This document shows, one piece after another, positions 25,152 through 27,728 of a DNA stretch of 27,728 nucleotides. Source of the DNA: a virus (Duplodnaviria; Caudoviricetes); IMG/VR virus record IMGVR_UViG_3300017766_004832, positions 1-27,728 of that record; one strand, given 5' to 3'. Numbering within the stretch: the first letter of the stretch is position 1; the number at the start of each line of letters is the position of its first letter. Position numbers and translations under genes: made by a program. A model generated the notes under the pieces. The model saw only the letters and a list, made by a program, of their open reading frames with translations. It was not told the DNA's origin and did no database searches.

Positions 25152-27605
25152 ATGGAATCAACAAAAACACATATGGGCAAAACTTATGCATTCGATGCAA
25201 CTGCCCAGGGTAAAGGTCTTTGGAAAGAAGTAACAAAAAAAGGTAAGCTTGGAAGAATTGCATCCAAGGATTTACAGCAACGTTGGGGCAATCCTAACGA
25301 AACAGGACCTTTGTATGAAACTCCTAAAACAAATGTAGACAAAATGGGCGACACGATAACAGATGTCGCACCTAAAAGTCAAAAATTAAAAAGTCTACGC
25401 TCACTTCTAAGAGATCCAAATGAAACGGTGAAATCAGCAACATTAAAATCAATAAAACAAAATCTTCGTCCTGAAATGTTAGTCAAGCAACTTTTTGGTA
25501 AAACTGCAGGACTAATGACAGCAAAAGGTCTTGGAGTTTCTTCAGAAAGAATGAATGCAGTTGCAGAAGGTTTTCAAGGATCTAGAGATCCTACAAACAG
25601 AGCATCCAGATCAAGCGACGCTGAACTAAATTCATTGCTAAAGCAAATGACCGAGGAATTAAAAAAGATTCGTCAAAAACTATACGGCGAAAATACAATA
25701 GCAGTAAAGTTTTCGAAAAGTTCAGACACATACAAACAATTAGAGGACGTAGCTGAATTTGCAAATGAAGAAAAGAAAAGAAGAGATCTAGAAGAAAACT
25801 TCAAACAACTTCCGCAAAAGCAAGGTTCACCTATGGTTGGCACATCGGCAGCAACAGCTGTCCCTGCAGGCGCGATGGGCGGAGGAGGTGGTGCCGGAGA
25901 TGGCGAAAGTATTATTTCTAACATTATTTCTTCAATGTTTGGTGGTCTTTTGGGTGGAGCAGGAGGAGGTATTGGTGTTGCGGGATTAGGCAAAAAACTA
26001 TTATCTATAATAGGAAAAGCTTTTCTAGGACTAGCAAAAAAGCTTCCTATTATAGGTCCAGTTATTGTTGCTGCCATGGGTCTAAAAGATGCTTATGATG
26101 AATACATGGCAGGCGGCGACTTTAGTGACGCTGTTGGCGCATTCTTTGAATCTGCTGCAGATAGCTTGACATTCGGACTATCGACTTCTCTTGTCGGTCA
26201 AGGTGGAATAAAGAAATTCGTATCTGGCATGGTCGATAAAGCTAAAGACTTTTTTGAAGATGCAATGAACACTCTAGGCGATATGCTACAAGATTATCTA
26301 ATAGATCCAATCGTAAATATGCCAACAAAACTATTGAATAGCATAAAAGCGGTAATTGGAAATATTTTGGAAAGCGTAGGAAATGTATCGTTAGAAATTC
26401 CTGAAGTAACAATCATTCCTGAAACTAGATTTACACCAAAAGTTTCTGTCGGACCATATAAAATTAGTCCATTCTCAGGACTTGCTGAAACAGGAAAATC
26501 ACTAAAACAATCAGCTGCGGCCGGTGAAGCTGAAATGGCTGCAAAAGAAACGCAGAAACAAGAAGAGAGAACTGCAAGAGATACCCAGAAACAAGAAGAA
26601 AGAACTGCAAGAGATGCAGCAAAAGCGGAAAGAGCAGCAGCATCTGCTGCTGCAGTAGCGTCACCATCAGGACCAGCTCCATCTGCAGTTCCTGCAAATC
26701 AACAAAATGTAGATGAAAATCTAGTGCGTGTAAAGCAAGCATTAGCCGAACAAGGAATTACGGATCCTAATATCGTAAACGCAACACTAGCAAATGTGAT
26801 GAAAGAAACTGGTGGTAGAAATGTTTCGGAAAATCTAAATTATGCCAATTCTTCAAATGATCGTCTACGACAAGTATTCGGATCAAGAGCATCAAGATTT
26901 AGTGATGCTGAACTGGATGAAATTAAAAAAGATCCAGAAAAACTTGGAGAAATGATGTATGGTTCTGATACCGAAATGGGTAGAAGAATGGGAAATACGG
27001 AAGCCGGAGAAGGATACAAATTTAGAGGAAGAGGCTTTGTACAACTAACTGGCAAAACAAACTATCAAAAAGCATCACAAGCACTTTTCGGTGACGATAG
27101 ACTAGTACAAAACCCAGATCTTCTAAATGACCCAGATATAGCCGCAAAAACTTCTGCTTGGTATATGAAAGAAACACAAGCGGGTACAGCAAAAATGATG
27201 GGTATAGATCCAAGCAACATAACGGCACAGCAAGCACAAGATCTAACAACAAGTCAAATTGCTGGATTTGATGTCACAAAATCTAGAAACACACACATAC
27301 AAGAACTACGAAGACAAGTGGGTCAGTACTCTGATAACTCTAGAATACAAGCAGCCATGGCTGCTCCCATACCAGAACAAAGAAAAACAGGAGATGTCAT
27401 TGATCAAAGTGCTGCGCAATTATCACAAACACAAATGGCCGCTGCAGAAGTGCCCCCTCAAGCCGCACCTGTAGTAAACAATGTCACCAATAATAATGTT
27501 GGCGGTGGCGGTAGAGGAGGAACTCAGCCAGCTGCACCTGTTAGAAATGATGAACCGACACTAATGAGAGCACAAATGGATGCAGCATTGCAAGCCATGT
27601 CATAA
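25152..27605 (+). CDS. tape-measure/hub (gp29-like) protein with a C-terminal GH19 lysozyme-fold domain
   Basis: Helical, Gly/Ala-rich and hydrophobic central part (KKLPIIGPV). Then ANV-x-KETGG...ENLNY...GNT-x-x-G-x-GYKFRGRG-x-x-QLTGK-x-NY...PDLL...SAWY, and a C-terminal PVVNNVTNNNV. Follows gp26/gp51. Confidence 0.75.
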   Translation: MESTKTHMGKTYAFDATAQGKGLWKEVTKKGKLGRIASKDLQQRWGNPNETGPLYETPKTNVDKMGDTITDVAPKSQKLKSLRSLLRDPNETVKSATLKSIKQNLRPEMLVKQLFGKTAGLMTAKGLGVSSERMNAVAEGFQGSRDPTNRASRSSDAELNSLLKQMTEELKKIRQKLYGENTIAVKFSKSSDTYKQLEDVAEFANEEKKRRDLEENFKQLPQKQGSPMVGTSAATAVPAGAMGGGGGAGDGESIISNIISSMFGGLLGGAGGGIGVAGLGKKLLSIIGKAFLGLAKKLPIIGPVIVAAMGLKDAYDEYMAGGDFSDAVGAFFESAADSLTFGLSTSLVGQGGIKKFVSGMVDKAKDFFEDAMNTLGDMLQDYLIDPIVNMPTKLLNSIKAVIGNILESVGNVSLEIPEVTIIPETRFTPKVSVGPYKISPFSGLAETGKSLKQSAAAGEAEMAAKETQKQEERTARDTQKQEERTARDAAKAERAAASAAAVASPSGPAPSAVPANQQNVDENLVRVKQALAEQGITDPNIVNATLANVMKETGGRNVSENLNYANSSNDRLRQVFGSRASRFSDAELDEIKKDPEKLGEMMYGSDTEMGRRMGNTEAGEGYKFRGRGFVQLTGKTNYQKASQALFGDDRLVQNPDLLNDPDIAAKTSAWYMKETQAGTAKMMGIDPSNITAQQAQDLTTSQIAGFDVTKSRNTHIQELRRQVGQYSDNSRIQAAMAAPIPEQRKTGDVIDQSAAQLSQTQMAAAEVPPQAAPVVNNVTNNNVGGGGRGGTQPAAPVRNDEPTLMRAQMDAALQAMS
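26550..26615 (+). repeat. 33-bp tandem duplication (TQKQEERTARD x2)
   Basis: 26550-26582 and 26583-26615 differ only at two synonymous positions (ACG/ACC, GAG/GAA). Confidence 0.95.
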
Positions 27606-27636
27606 AAAAAAGAGGGGAGCTTTCACTCCCCTCTTT
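27604..27636 (-). terminator. rho-independent terminator between convergent genes (strongest for the minus strand, possibly bidirectional)
   Basis: Inverted repeat AAAGAGGGGAG/CTCCCCTCTTT. On the minus strand it has a GAAA loop closed by U-G and is followed by an 8-T run (27611-27604). The plus strand has only TCTTT. Confidence 0.88.
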
Positions 27637-27653
27637 CGCTACTCGCTCAGTAC

Positions 27654-27728
27654 TTAGTCCTCGCGAGCCAACTTCTCAAACAACTTCATGTCATCGTCTT
27701 CGTCGTCAGTCCAAGGAGGCGTCTCCTT
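27654..27728 (-). CDS. gp32: 3' end of ssDNA-binding protein gp32 (partial)
   Basis: Translation ...KETPPWTDDEDDDMKLFEKLARED* matches the acidic DDDD-x-x-x-F-x-x-LA-x-E tail of T4-like gp32, followed by a strong terminator. Confidence 0.75.
   Translation of the reverse strand, partial: KETPPWTDDEDDDMKLFEKLARED

Noticed and set aside
1-27728. Genome-wide TGA reassignment as the explanation for the hub-gene stop
   Set aside because: TGA ends the DUF4815 gene (TGATG overlap), gp7, PAAR, the hub gene (ATGA overlap) and gp2 at their expected C-termini.
27713-27728. Inverted repeat AAGGAG-GCGT-CTCCTT at the right edge
   Set aside because: A 6-bp stem inside coding sequence, cut by the window edge and compatible with chance.
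1-27728. CRISPR array, tRNA, intron/intein or DGR template-variable repeat pair
   Set aside because: Intergenic gaps are all under about 70 nt. I saw no spaced repeats, reverse transcriptase, splice motifs or adenine-variant repeat pair by eye.

Overview
AT-rich window from a T4-like myovirus of the cyanophage/phiM12-type gene layout, covering the baseplate and tail module. A leftward late operon runs gp48, gp53, a gp27-like hub, gp5, a small hypothetical, PAAR (gp5.4), a hypothetical, gp25, gp6, gp7-like, gp8, a 2048-aa DUF4815/VrlC-like protein, a small conserved protein, a fibre protein and a polyglycine gp38-like adhesin. It meets a convergent 2OG-Fe(II) oxygenase head-on. A rightward operon runs gp4, gp2, gp54, gp26, a gp51-like frame missing from the ORF track, and a tape-measure/gp29-like protein with a GH19 domain. 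It ends at a hairpin terminator facing the 3' end of gp32. The best candidate for something new is a -1 slippery site (A AAT TTT TTC) at the end of gp26. Slippage there would fuse gp26 to the gp51-like frame, whose N-terminal part has no start codon. The site lies between a tube-family gene and the tape-measure gene, the position of the lambda G/GT chaperone frameshift. Other points: a single in-frame TGA in the hub gene, a lysozyme-less gp5 with a C-terminal M15 peptidase, a LamG-like extension on gp7, and interlocked divergent late promoters. All family calls come from motif recognition and gene order; no searches were run.
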